In this document: positions 47,735 to 59,936 of the stretch, one piece after another | Position numbering within the stretch: the first letter of the stretch is position 1 | Layout: every line of letters starts with the position of its first letter | Assembly (NCBI RefSeq): GCF_026571515.1 | Contig: NW_026853862.1 | Coordinates: forward strand, 1 to 64,000 | Direction: 5' to 3' | Source of the DNA: Ruditapes philippinarum | Taxonomy: Eukaryota | Length of the DNA stretch: 64,000 bases | Position numbers and translations under genes: made by a program | Notes under the pieces: model-generated | What the model was told of the DNA's origin: nothing | Seen by the model: the letters and a program-made list of their open reading frames with translations, nothing else | The model's database searches: none

Positions 47735-48471
47735 TTTTTAGCAAGAATAAGCAGAGCTATCCTAGTCACCCGAGCGTCGGTGTCGGTGTAACCACATATG
47801 CTAAAAGTTTTGTAACACCTCAAATATTTTTAAAGTCCATTGACATATGGCACACTTGTTAATTATCATGACCCCAACCTGTAGACAGGAGATAGTAACA
47901 CTACAGAATTATACCCATTTTTCTACTTAGAATTTACGTAAAAAGTTTTGTAAAACCTCAAATATTTTCAAAGTTCATTGACATATGGCTTTGAAACCTT
48001 GCACACTTGTTCATTATCATGACCTCAACTTGTAAAGAGAAGGAGGGAACTCTATAAAGGGTTTTGACCGAATTATGCCCCTTTTGCGATTTAGAATTTA
48101 CGTTAAAGTTTACGTACTACCTGTAATATTTTCCAAAGTCCATGACATATGGCTTTGAAACTTTGCACTCTTTTTCACCATCATGACCCCAACCTGTAGA
48201 CAGGAGTAGGTAACTCTATCAAGCTTTCTGATAGAATTATGCCCCTTGTTCGACTTAGAATTTACGTTTAAGTTTGCATACCACCTCAGATATTTTCATA
48301 TTCCATTGACATCTGGCTTTGAAACAAGATTAATTGTTTACACTTCTTTCCAAGGCCTATAACTGTAACATGGTTTTGAAGAAAAATTTTCCCTTTTGTT
48401 AACTTAGAAAATTTTACATTATCAAGCACTAAGAATAGTCGAGCGTTGCTGTCCTGCCGACAGCTCTTGTT
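47735..48471 (+). mobile_element. HINE-type element with ~149-bp internal tandem repeat
   Basis: TTTTAGC...GAGCTAT...GCGTCGGTGTCGG start, about 4 copies of AAAGTCCATTGACATATGGCTTTGAAAC...CATGACCCCAACCTGTAGACAGGAG, and an end AGTCGAGCG, hairpin GCTGTC..GACAGC, TCTTGTT. Confidence 0.7.
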
Positions 48472-48679
48472 TGAGTTATTGCCATTTGTTAATTTTCAGT
48501 TTATGTACCAGTTCATGTTATATGTTGAATTCTGCTAAAGCCGGTGCTAGGGGGCAATGACGGTTGTTTGCATTTGACAGTAACGTCCATGAACAGGCTC
48601 AATCAGACCAAGCCTGCAACATTTTCAATTTTGTTGTGTTGGGCTTTCTTTAGGGATTATTATTTTCCCTATTTCATAC

Positions 48680-49450
48680 TTTATTTTTGTCAGGGCCATT
48701 TCTCTTAACTATAAAAGCTATGTACTTGAAACTTCCTAGGGTGATAGATCATATTAAGAAAAGATGCAGAGCACAAAATCCAGTACTTTGCACTTCATGA
48801 TTTTTGAGTTATTGCCCTTTATTAATTTTCATACTTTTTGTCCGGAGAATAACCCAGTCACTTTAGGTCGGATTGACTATAAACTTGGTATGCATGCTTC
48901 TTTCAATGACCCAAAGTGCAGTGCACTAAAATCGTTACTTTGCACTTCTTATTTTTGAGTTATTGCCCTTTGATAATTTTCATACTTTATTTTAGTCAGG
49001 ACCAATTCTCGTAAAGAGCTATTGACTTGAATCTTCATAGGATGATGGGTCTCATTGAGAAGAAGTGCTTGTACCCTGCATTTCATGATTTTTGAGTTAT
49101 TGGCCTTTGTTAATATTCATATTTAATAGGCTTGTCCAGTGAGTTATAGCCTTTTGTTAATTTTCATAATTCATTTTTGTCCGGGCCATTTCTCCTATAC
49201 TATAAAAGCTATGGTCTTGAAACTTTAGATGATGATGAATCTCATTGAAAAGAAGTGTAGTGTACAAGAAGTACTTTGTACTTCATGATTTTTTAGTTAT
49301 TGCCCTTCGTTAATTTTCATACTTAATAGGCTTGTCCAGAGGATAAATTGGTCACTATCAGTTTAATTGACTCCATTTTTGGTATGCAAGGTGTTTTATT
49401 GACCTGAAATTCAGTGCAAAGAATCCATTACAGAGTCCTCCATTTGATCT
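48680..49450. repeat. Degenerate tandem repeat (satellite-like, TE-derived)
   Basis: Recurrent TTTTTGAGTTATTGCCCTTTGTTAATTTTCATACTT units roughly 140-160 bp apart. Confidence 0.6.
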
Positions 49451-49476
49451 GTCAGTGTAAAACTTGTCCATGGTAT

Positions 49477-50680
49477 TTTTATTAGCTCACCTTAGGCCAT
49501 TGTCTTAAATGTGAGCTTTTGTGATGGTCCATTGTCCGTTGTCCATTGTCCGTCCGTGCGTCAACAATTTCTTTAAACAACCTCTCCTCCTAAATCACAT
49601 TGCCAAATTTGTTGAAACTTTGATATTCCATACATGTATATGGTAAAGATTAAAAAAATCTTTTTGTGACAATCCCAAATAGCTAAAGCTGAGATATTTG
49701 GCATAAACAATCTTCTAGTAAATGTCTACCAAGTTTGTTCTAATAAAAGCCTTAGGGACAAAATTGGCCCCGCCCCAGGGGTCATTGATTTTCCATATAT
49801 GTATATATTTAAAACTTAAAAAAAATCTTCTTGTGAAAATGTAAATAAGCTTAGATATTTGGCATGAAACATCTTCTAGAAGATGTCTACCAAGTGTGTT
49901 CAAATAAAACCCATAGGGTCAAAATTGACCCCACAGGGTGTCATTGGTTTTCCTTACATGCATTTATACTAAAACATAAAAATTCTTTTGTGACAATCCA
50001 AAACCGCTATAGATTAGATACTTAGCATGAAACATTTTCTAATGGATGTCTACCAAGTTTGTTCAAATAAATGCCCCAGGATTAAAATTGGCCAGGCGCC
50101 AGGGTCATTGATTTTCTTATATATAGATAGATAGTAAAAAATAAAAATACCTTTGTTTGTTCAAATAAAAGCCCTAGGGTCAAAATTGTAATATATACAT
50201 GTTATTGATCATGTATATATTAACAACTAACTAAAGACCTAAAGCTTAGATATCTGGCATGGAACATGTTCTAGTGTATGTCTACTATGTTGAAATAAAA
50301 CCCCTATGGTCCAAATTGGCCCCGCCCCAGGGGATCGAGCACGACAGATCAATCCCCAGCCAGGTCAAATGTTTGTTTTTCCTCTCTTTTTCTATCATCT
50401 TTTTATTAACTCACCTCTCACTTAATGACAGTCTGAACTGTTATATAAAATGGTAGCCAGAGTTAGAATTAGAAAACAACAACACCTAAAAAACATCTTA
50501 ACCACTGGTTCAATTTTGAAATAATTTCACACAAAATTTCATTGGTGACAGTGTACAAAAATGGTTCATATTAAGTTTTCCCTTTTTTTCCAATTGTGCT
50601 TCTGGGGTGAAAAGGGGTTCACATTGTCCTTTTGGTCTATTTCTCAGGTGAGCGATCCAGGGCCCTGTTGGCCCTCTTGA
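49477..50680 (+). mobile_element. HINE/pearl-type element with ~180-bp internal repeats
   Basis: Subterminal IRs AGCTCACCT (49483) and AGGTGAGC (50646), GTCC microsatellite, repeats of GATATTTGGCAT...GTCTACCAAGTTTGTTCAAAT and a 3' hairpin AGGGCC..GGCCCT followed by CTTG. Confidence 0.75.
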
Positions 50681-50883
50681 TTTTGATAGTACCCCGGTAT
50701 AACAGTTTTATTAATACTTACGTAACATTGTTACAATCAGTTCAGATGCCATTAAAGTAAAGGTACGTGTACAGTGCAAGAGCAGTGTTTCTAAATAGCC
50801 TACATTTTAAACAAAATGTCTAACCGACAGCAGCCATATATTTAACAAGGCGACACATCCGACTCGCGGAGTTCTAGTATTAA

Positions 50884-51558
50884 AAACAAGAGCACCGCTA
50901 GGCGGAGCATTAAATGCCCGAAAGTACTTTTTCTTTTAGTAAGGATGAAGCATTTGTAAGACATGGGAATTAAATACAGTATTACCTCCTTCAAAAAGCA
51001 ATCCTCCTTTAAAGCTGAAGAACATTCATGTATATATACAGTTGCAGTTTTCAAAGCACCACCATCAAGTTGTTATCTTGTAAGTAAAAATGCTACAACG
51101 GATGGACGAAAAGACGTCAGGGGTATAAAGCTGTTAATCCTATACAATTTTACAGCTGTAGGTTGATTAATACTTGAGTTATTGAGCGAAAACTGTTTCC
51201 AGTTTAAAGGTGATAGTAACCTTGATCTTTGACCTTGACCTTTGATCTTTGATACTGTGGGCCAAATGGAACTTAAGTTATGCTCCGGAAACCAAATTGC
51301 TAACGGACGGACGGACGGATGTACCAATTTTTCAGGTTTATGAGCTATTTCTATTGTTCTTTTCTTTTGTTTCCTTGTGGGCTAACTATTGTTTCCTTAT
51401 GAGCTAACTATTATTTACGGAATGAAGTCCTTTGTTCTCTTTTGTCCCAGTGTATCGCTAGTTAGCTCACATACCTTAACTATTTGTGCGGACGGACGGA
51501 CAGACGGACGCCAGGGGGTATAACATAATATGTCCGAAATTCTTTCGGGCATATAAAA
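50884..51558 (-). mobile_element. HINE-type element, reverse orientation
   Basis: AACAAGAG...ATGCCCGAAAG at the left, CTTTCGGGCATATAAAAA at the right, a GGAC microsatellite and a TGACCTTGACCTTTGA core. Confidence 0.6.
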
Positions 51559-52199
51559 ATGAATCAGCTTCTTCGAAACAACTTGCCCTTAAGCATAGAT
51601 ATTTTGTGTGTAGTATTGGTCAGTGGACCTTTAAAAAAGGCATATATATCATTAACGAAGGGTAAAATTGCCCTCACTCTGGGGGCACTTAGATTATATA
51701 AACTTATATAATAAACATATCGTTAAAGATGTTTACTCCTACATTATACGAGTATAACCTAGAACTTAAGATATTTGGCATGTAGCATCAGTTTGTAGTC
51801 TTCTACAAAAGTTATATTAATCATCTTAATTATATTATAATTGATAAATGATTAAAAGAAAAGCATTCTAGAGCATTCCAGTTACTTAAAAATATAGCAT
51901 TGCAGAGACTTAACAAGTTTAAAGCAGTATGTATTGCATTATTTTTATATAATTTACAAACGACAAAGTTATGTCGCTTCCTTAACTTATGGTTGATTTT
52001 CGAAATAGTTTTGATATGAAGTGTATCTTGTTTATGCATGATTACTGTACATAAACATAATTAAATGTTTTGTAACAAAATTTTTATGCTGTTTTTTTAG
52101 AAAAGGTTAATTGCAAACATACTTTTTTTGAAATAAAGTCTTCCAGTCTTCCTTTTTAAAAAATTGTAACAATTATTTTGTAACTAGCTGCAAATATAT

Positions 52200-52640
52200 A
52201 GTTTTATACACTCCAAAATTATAACATTCAAGCAACTTAAAACTGGATTCCAGAGACTTAAAGTATAGCAATCCGCATACTTAAAATATAGCATGTCAGA
52301 GACTTAAAAATGTAAAATATTCTTGAAAGTTAATCTATAGCATTCAAAAGACTTAAAAAATATAACATTTTAAGGACTTAAAGTATGTCATTGCAGAGAG
52401 ACTTTAAGTTTAGCATAGCAGAGACTTTAAAGTAGGGCATTTCAGATACATGATGTATCGCATTCTAGAAACTGAAATGTATAGCATTTCAGAGACTTAA
52501 AGTATAAAATTCCAAAGATTTGATGTATAGCATTCCAGAAACATAAAATAATAATACTTAAGAGAATTAAATAGATATAACAATCAAAAGACTGAAAGTA
52601 AAGCATTTCCGAGACTGAAAGTTCAGAGATTTAAAAGTAA
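52200..52640. repeat. 23-24 bp tandem repeat, paralog of 14730-15090
   Basis: About 17 degenerate TAGCATTCCAGAGACTTAAAGTA units. Confidence 0.8.
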
Positions 52641-53840
52641 ATCATACCATGCAAGGACATATATGACACAGGTGAATTCGCTCAATGTTGGGGCTTTAGC
52701 GTAATATGTCCTATATACAAATGTATCAGTCTGGATCAACCTGTGGCCCGAATAATTACCGAGAAATTTCAAGCATCCTTAATAAACTTTTGTATGAAAT
52801 TGGTGAAAATAACAATAGATTTTAGGGTTTTTTTGGTTACGGTTTTTGGATAGATATTCGGCAGCTTACAATGTTTTCCGTTTTAAGCCTTTGCGCAAAA
52901 ATATTCTAAAAAGGGGTAGATTTTACTGCTTGTATATCTATTTCGAAAGGTTTTTGGTAAGATAAACCACCAGATACTTTTCAAGTTTACAAAGAAAAAG
53001 AGTTTTGTTTTTACTTAAGAAAATGTATTATTCTCTCTATTTATGCAAAATGCAAAAAATAATTCTAGAAAAAGGCCTATGTTTACTAAATTTTTTTCAA
53101 AAGTAATATATTAACCCCAAAGGGAGCCAAATAGTTTATAAATGAATTAACATAATTTTATATGCTTTACGAAATGTTACTAACATATTTTGATTACGCG
53201 AAAATTCACAATATTGTTTGCGTACGCTGATGTAGCAAGTTGCTTGGAAACAGCAGTTGAATTACAATTTCAAATTAGGTGCACAAGCACCATGATTAGT
53301 ACTTTCTTTTTGTGTATCTGGCAACACACAGAAAAAAACACCTTTTTATCAAAGGGCCATAACTCTGCCAAAAATCATTCAACCAAAAAAACCCGTGCAA
53401 TATGCGCAAGGATTTGAGCTACAGATCAATCCTGTAAAGTTTCATTGAAATTGCTTTAGTGGTATAAGAGAAGTAGTCCGGACAAACTTTTATAATTGGT
53501 CTTCAAGTGGAACAACATTTTTTGTTTGCTGATGAACTCACAAAATGAAGAGACACTATTTTAAAAATTATCTGTGTTTGTGTTTCACTTCTTGAAAAGT
53601 ACGAACTCTTGACTTCAAAATTTGATTCTAATATTATGTTGTGCAGCTACACCTATTCAATACATGTTTATCATATGGTACTTAAATTGATGTGTATTTT
53701 TGGCCGGTTGTCTTTATTTCTTAAATAAAGTTGAGTTAAGTTGGACATAAAAGGTATAGCATTTAAGCATTCGAGAGACTTAAAGTGACTTATATGTATA
53801 ATATTTCAGACACAAATTTATATTAAAATATCATTTATAG

Positions 53841-54051
53841 GAGATGTGCATGCTTGCAGTCTGATTAACAAGAATGAACTAGGGAACCAGTACCTCCGAG
53901 ATTCTGAATGGAGAGGGCACCATGGTCATATGTAACAGTGCAGCCTGGGATGCTAAAGTGGTAACCAGTGCCTGGTTGGTGTATCCTAGTCAGGTATCAA
54001 AGACTCCCCCGTCGGGAGAGTACCTCACCATTGGTAGTTTCATGATCAGAG
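53841..54051 (+). pseudogene. NEMF: Isolated NEMF NFACT-R exon (copy 3), with deletions
   Basis: Paralog of 15142-15376 ([45 protein letters not shown]) with AG/GT boundaries and homologous downstream intron to ~54170. The 5' half has deletions. Confidence 0.85.
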
Positions 54052-55234
54052 GTAGGTAAATGAAAAATATGACAGTTTTAGATTTTACAGTTAATTCTTT
54101 CATAGAAATAGTCTTTAAATTAAAGTTTTTAAACAAACTATCTGGAACATTGGCAAGAGTGTTGTTATGTAATCGAAATATAGTTTAATTATAAATTCTA
54201 GTTACCCTTCTTCAAAAATTAATGTTTCTTTAAACACTGCACATTCATCGTTAATTAAAGGAGCTCCACTGAGGTCTGACGGGTATTTTGGTGTCCAAAA
54301 AATGTAAACAATTTCCCCACAAATCGCAATATTATAACTAAAATAACAATAACTTTTTATCCAACCCTTTAACAACAATTACGCTAGAAAATGAATTTTC
54401 ACATGAGCTTTCGATGCAAAAATGAAAGTTGGGTTTATTATTAATTAAAGTACTTATTTTCTCTATTTCCCAGACATGTACAGCTGTTACCCGCAATTCA
54501 TCGGGTATGACTAAAATATGCAACAGAGATTTTTGGGGTAACGGAGTAAACAGGGCAACATGTCTGTTGATTTTTCTCCACACTCTAACCTATTGTGTTT
54601 ATATAACTAGAGTAGAGAAGTTAACAAGAACAAGAATAAAGATCAACAAGGCAAAGGCAACGTTCACAGGACGCTGCCCCCCGACACACTCAAGTAGGGC
54701 ACCCAAAAGGCACCAAACAGAAAACCAGAGTGGACAAAAGGGTTAAAGGAGTGATACATGTAATGTGAAACAATATAAACTAAAACGAGCCCAATAGGAA
54801 CCAAAGGGATAAGGGCTGTAAGGGTGAAAAGGTTGGGTAAAATGGGAGAGGGGGGGATTGAGAAAATACCTACCGTCAACGACAATCCAACAAGACAGAC
54901 ATCACAAAACATGTAAAAATCCAAAACAAGCAATAATACAGACATAAAAAACACGTGAAGGAACACAGAGGGGTACCGCCTTGGAACGGCCAGTTAAACC
55001 ACTGGGGAGTTTGTACATCAAAACAAGTCTGTTTTGATGTATATTGAAAAGTTTCATTTTCTATATTTTGAGGAATTGGATGAAGAAGAACATGGTGCAT
55101 CATATATCGGACACAATAAAATCACTCTAATAAAAGTATTTAACTCTATCTATTACGTATTTAAATCAAATACAGTTAATGATATTCCATCCTGTAAGAA
55201 ATGATAAATTTAAAAGCATGTCATGTTGATTTTT

Positions 55235-55365
55235 TGGGGATGGGTTTACGTCGCACAAAAACAGTGTACGTCAATAGGGCGACTCTTCAGCTTTACGGGT
55301 GGAGAAAGAACTCTGGTGCCCCTCTTTTCAAAATTGTTTCTGGCACAAACGGGCATCTGAGTACA
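55235..55365 (-). mobile_element. SINE 3' fragment
   Basis: Reverse complement of the 3' half of the 39443 SINE family (GGGTTTACGTCGCAC...CAGCTTTAC...GGTGCCCCT...GGGCATCTGAGTA). Confidence 0.6.
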
Positions 55366-57489
55366 ATGAGTAATGTTTCGTAGGCTATATTGATAGTATC
55401 GTACATACATGTTCCAAACACACTCATGTTTGACCATTACATCAAATTCAAGTGTACTTCTGTCATGTATTTTATTAAATGTTTATGATTCAATTAGAAA
55501 CTTGGTTAGAATTTAATGATTTTTCGGCGAAAATGATATGGTTTAGTTGTACTACAGATAAAACCAAAAGGCACTGAAAAAAAACAACTGATAAACTAGC
55601 GACTTGAAGTAACACATTTGAACTCCAGCTTCACATGTTAATGAATTCTATATGTCATGTTGTACGTCTTAATATCAGTATACCTTTGTTATTTGAGACT
55701 TCAGCTCATGAAAGTAATCTAAACGAGTAAAATAAACCCCCTTTTAGGCGGAAAATTATTCAATAAGTAGCATAGTGACCCCCGATTTCTCTTTTATAAA
55801 TTTGCTTTATCAAATTCTTTTCTATTCAGTTATTAAGAACATTCTGTCTACTGCTTCAAATCTTCCTGGGTATAAATACAAAGGTACGTTATCTTTCGGT
55901 AAAAGGAAGAAAATGACAGATTATTCATATGATCATGACTGTGCAAAATCATGTTTTGAGGACCTAGCTATCTTGCTGATAAAGATTTTGCAAGCAATTT
56001 GATGTACCTCTCTTATTTTAGTGCTTACACTTAGTATCAAATTCCAAGGAAAATTTCTAAGGATACTTTTAACGTTTTATTACTGTATATTCATTATAAC
56101 TTGAATTGTAATACCTGTAACTGTAATATTTTTCGTTCATTTGTTTAAAATACTAAGAAAGTAGCTCTTGGAATTTTCCAAACGAAATCCTGTATTTCCG
56201 AAACAATTTTCAAAGGCTTCTTATACAGTAGCTATCATATGAAAAACAAGGTCAACAAGGAATGGTAGTATTCAATGAACGTAACACCCACACGACCAAG
56301 CAATATAGGCCATAGCTAAGTTATCAATAACAAATTACCTTCAGGCTTACAAGTGGCAAAACAAACCAAAGAAAAAAAATCCACAAAAACAGTAAAAAAA
56401 GAGAGAAAGAAGATATAACAGTAGGGTTAAAAAAGACGGGAACAGAAAATATTTCAGAGTTATAGAGCAGGAAAAAAGTAGGATTCTCTTCCTTACTTAT
56501 ATATGCAATCAAATGCACCCGATTGATATTTATCCATTGCCTGTCTTGAAACCAGTCACTCGTGTCTTAACAACAAAATAATCGGAAAATGAACCTGAAC
56601 TTTGAATTTTTTTAACAAATCAAAATATTTACAAAACTTTTAACAATAGGTATGTCATGATAAAAATAGCAACTGATATTAGGAGTAAAAACCCTGGTTA
56701 AGATATGCATCGCCCCTTTTCAGTCTAGAAGTTAGAAGTGTTTTAAAACATAGTTTAAGCAATGGTTGCTGTATTAGATGAGGTTAATATTTTACTGAAT
56801 TCTTAAAGTGACTTTTACTTACCTGGCCTTCACTTTTGTCGTGCAAATATCATGATTTTGTTTGCTTGTTCGTTTATAGATCCTGTATATATGTTGTAAT
56901 CAAAAAGTAGTTACCACACTAAAGTGAAATTTTATATATGTGCAATGTATATAATTATGCTTCTCAGACAATTTTCAAACATCGAAGAATATGTAAACTA
57001 TGTTACTGCAAATATTTAACCACATTATATGTAATCATTAAGATATATGTATTTCTTATTGCAAAATTTGACTAGACTTTATAGAAAATATATTTCTTAT
57101 TACATCCCTTTATTAACATGAAATGTAAATTTGGTAATATCTTTGATGCTTTTTGGAACTTAAAATATTGATAAATCTTCATTTGAGCATTATATTTTTG
57201 ATATAAAACAATAAAAATTGTGTTACAGGATCTTTTATTTGAAAGAAGGTTTGGGTTTAAAGAACAACAACTATATAATAAGTTTTAAGTTTATTTCACA
57301 AGTCACGACAATTACCCTGCTGTGGTAGCTGGAGTGTGTCTGGGGCTGCACACTGTTAACATTGCCGTCGCCTTGTTGATCTTTTTTGTCGTCTTCTTTT
57401 ACCCTTATCCCGCTTTCAATTTCTTTTCCTCCGGGAAGCTTCAATATATCGATAACATTAAAGCAGAGATCAATTGACCCATCACTAGT

Positions 57490-57700
57490 TTGCTTGTTTG
57501 ATTTTACGCCTTTTCCCAACAGTATTTCAGTCATATAGGCGGGTAGTCTCCTAACCATCGTTCCTGGAGAGTAACACCAGTACTAGACTACCTTCCTCCG
57601 CGCTAAACTACCAAAGCATCTCCCGGGGATTAAACCCACTCCAGAGAGGTAACTGGATTAGAAGTCATCGACTCTAACCCCTCGACCACGGAGGCGGTGA
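57490..57700 (-). mobile_element. tRNA-derived SINE with 14-bp TSD
   Basis: Flanked by GACCCATCACTAGT at 57476-57489 and 57701-57714. The minus strand has a head GCCTCCGTGGTCGAGGGGTTAGAGTCG, a degenerate B box GGTTTAATCC and a CAAA-type tail. Confidence 0.8.
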
Positions 57701-59936
57701 GACCCATCACTAGTACGGAGGCGTTCCAATAATACAGAAACTGCTAAAGCATTCGTTGAAGTAAAAAAATTCAGTAATGATGATAATAATATTAACATAT
57801 CCAGATTGTTACTCTTTTCCGACCTTCTTGATAATGTTAACCATGTGCTAGTTGCATGAAACAGGCATTAATTACCTTAAGTGTTGAATGTCTAGCTCAA
57901 AAACGTAGTAATCTGCTTATCAACAAACATTCAATGCGGATAAATATGCAAGTAGGTGTGTAAAATGATAAAAGTATATCAGATCTACCTAGCAAAGGGT
58001 ATCGATTTTTTCTTGTAGATTTTTTTTATTATATGCACTAGACACACATTAAAATTTATTTACTAGTAAAGTTGATGCCTAAATGTCCTATAATGTGGCC
58101 TGATTCATTCTATTTTTAACCAGTGCTTTCAGTGCTTTGATTCGAGTTGAAGAAACATCGTAGAAAAAACGATGTCTTTTTCTTTGATCTTTTGTGTGTT
58201 TGTTTTTATGCTTACAATACTCAAGGTCTTGTTCGTTGTATAAGAGGTTAGATAAACTAAGACATAGTACCAAAGTGGCCTTTGAAATAGGACCCATCAC
58301 ACTGTCTTGATAAAAGAAATTTTTTTAGACTAGATATCTTTATATTTTAACCATAACAAAGTTTTTGCATAATATTTATTAATTACACGATAGCAAAATT
58401 CATCGTAACAGATTAAAAAAACATGCTCACAACAATATAATGCTTTGAATGTATTAAAATTGCTTTTGAATGATTTTTCTCACAAGAACAGAAGTGCCCA
58501 ACAAGAAATTTATCAAAGCAACCCATAATTTGCTCTTAAATTTATGCAATGATTGTATATTCCACTTTCGCACTTCGTTGCTACAGGTACACACATAATT
58601 TTCCGTTTCGGTTTTTAGTCATTTCAAGACTCACCACGTGACCGTTATTTATAGACTGGACATCAGATTTGCAAACTGAAAAGCTTTTCCCACGAAATTG
58701 GAGAAAATATATATATTTCAAACGAATTGCCAAGCCAAAGAACAGATATCACTGTATCACTGATTGAGTGTCTCGGTTTAAATAGCCCTAACACGCAAGT
58801 AACAATAAATATCGATTCGTGAAAATTTACATATTTTGTAACATTCGACCATACCTCAGTGGAGCACCTTTAATCGCACGGGACGTTGTAATTTGGTACC
58901 AAAATGAATGAAAATGAGTTATTTGTAGCATGTCCTTTGCAGATGTATAGTAAGTAACACGAGCAATACTTGGATACTAATTCACCCATAAACAAATATA
59001 TAGTACGTTTCAAGCATAGTTTCTAATATCGTACATATAATTAAAACTCTCAACATTTGTTTCTGACATACACATATTTCACAATTAATATTGATTTGAC
59101 CAAAAACCAATAGAGATTTACTAAAAAGAAGTTGAAATGGTAAAAAAATCAAATACAATGTATCATTTAAAAACAGTGGTTAAGAATATAGTTATAATCA
59201 ATTACATAATATACATTTATAAACAATTACATAATATACATGAGAAAAATGATATTACGTCCAAAAAAAAAGAGATTATAATAATACACCGACGGCCCTG
59301 ACGTAAAATATGATCTCGTCCATAATTTGTCTCAACTTGGTGTAAAATCCGAAAAACGTCATATTCATGTCATAAACAATGCATCAGAGTAATTAAGTAA
59401 AGATGTTAGAAAACTATTTAAAAGGCAAATATATTTTACTTTTTCAAATATCTAATATGTCTCCTTTACAAACTTTTTTCCAGCTCATCAAACAATTCTT
59501 TCATTATTCAATTAATTGTTGTAAGTTTATACATTGAATTGTATGCATAGTAAATGTGCACCTAACATTGACATAATGTTTCTGCTGAATATATTTCAAG
59601 ATTCAATGTTACATTGCTGAGTTGTTATGACGTTGAACTAGTAATCTAAAGATTGCTGGCTCCAAACTCCACCTGGGACAGGTCGTTGTTTTCTTGAGTA
59701 AGGAAATTGTAATTACTTGATAATTCCTTGTTGATTCAAGGAACGGATCCAACAAATACACTGTGCCTTTAGCTGATATCTTCCTGCACAATCAATTTTT
59801 AATGAATACTGTATATAATAAAATTTCATGTGCCATATTTAAGTCAAGTATTTAGAACTACGACCCTTATTTTACAGCAATATAAGCAGTAGGATGTCTG
59901 CTTGTGGATGAATATCCGCGTAAGAGTTGTAATTAT

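Larger units (their letters stand above)
54259..58869. mobile_element. Kolobok-type non-autonomous DNA transposon (TTAA TSD), 4.6 kb
   Basis: TTAA|AGGAGCTCCACTGAGGT ... ACCTCAGTGGAGCACCT|TTAA (17-bp TIR with 1 mismatch; TTAA at 54255-54258 and 58870-58873). No transposase ORF. Confidence 0.75.
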
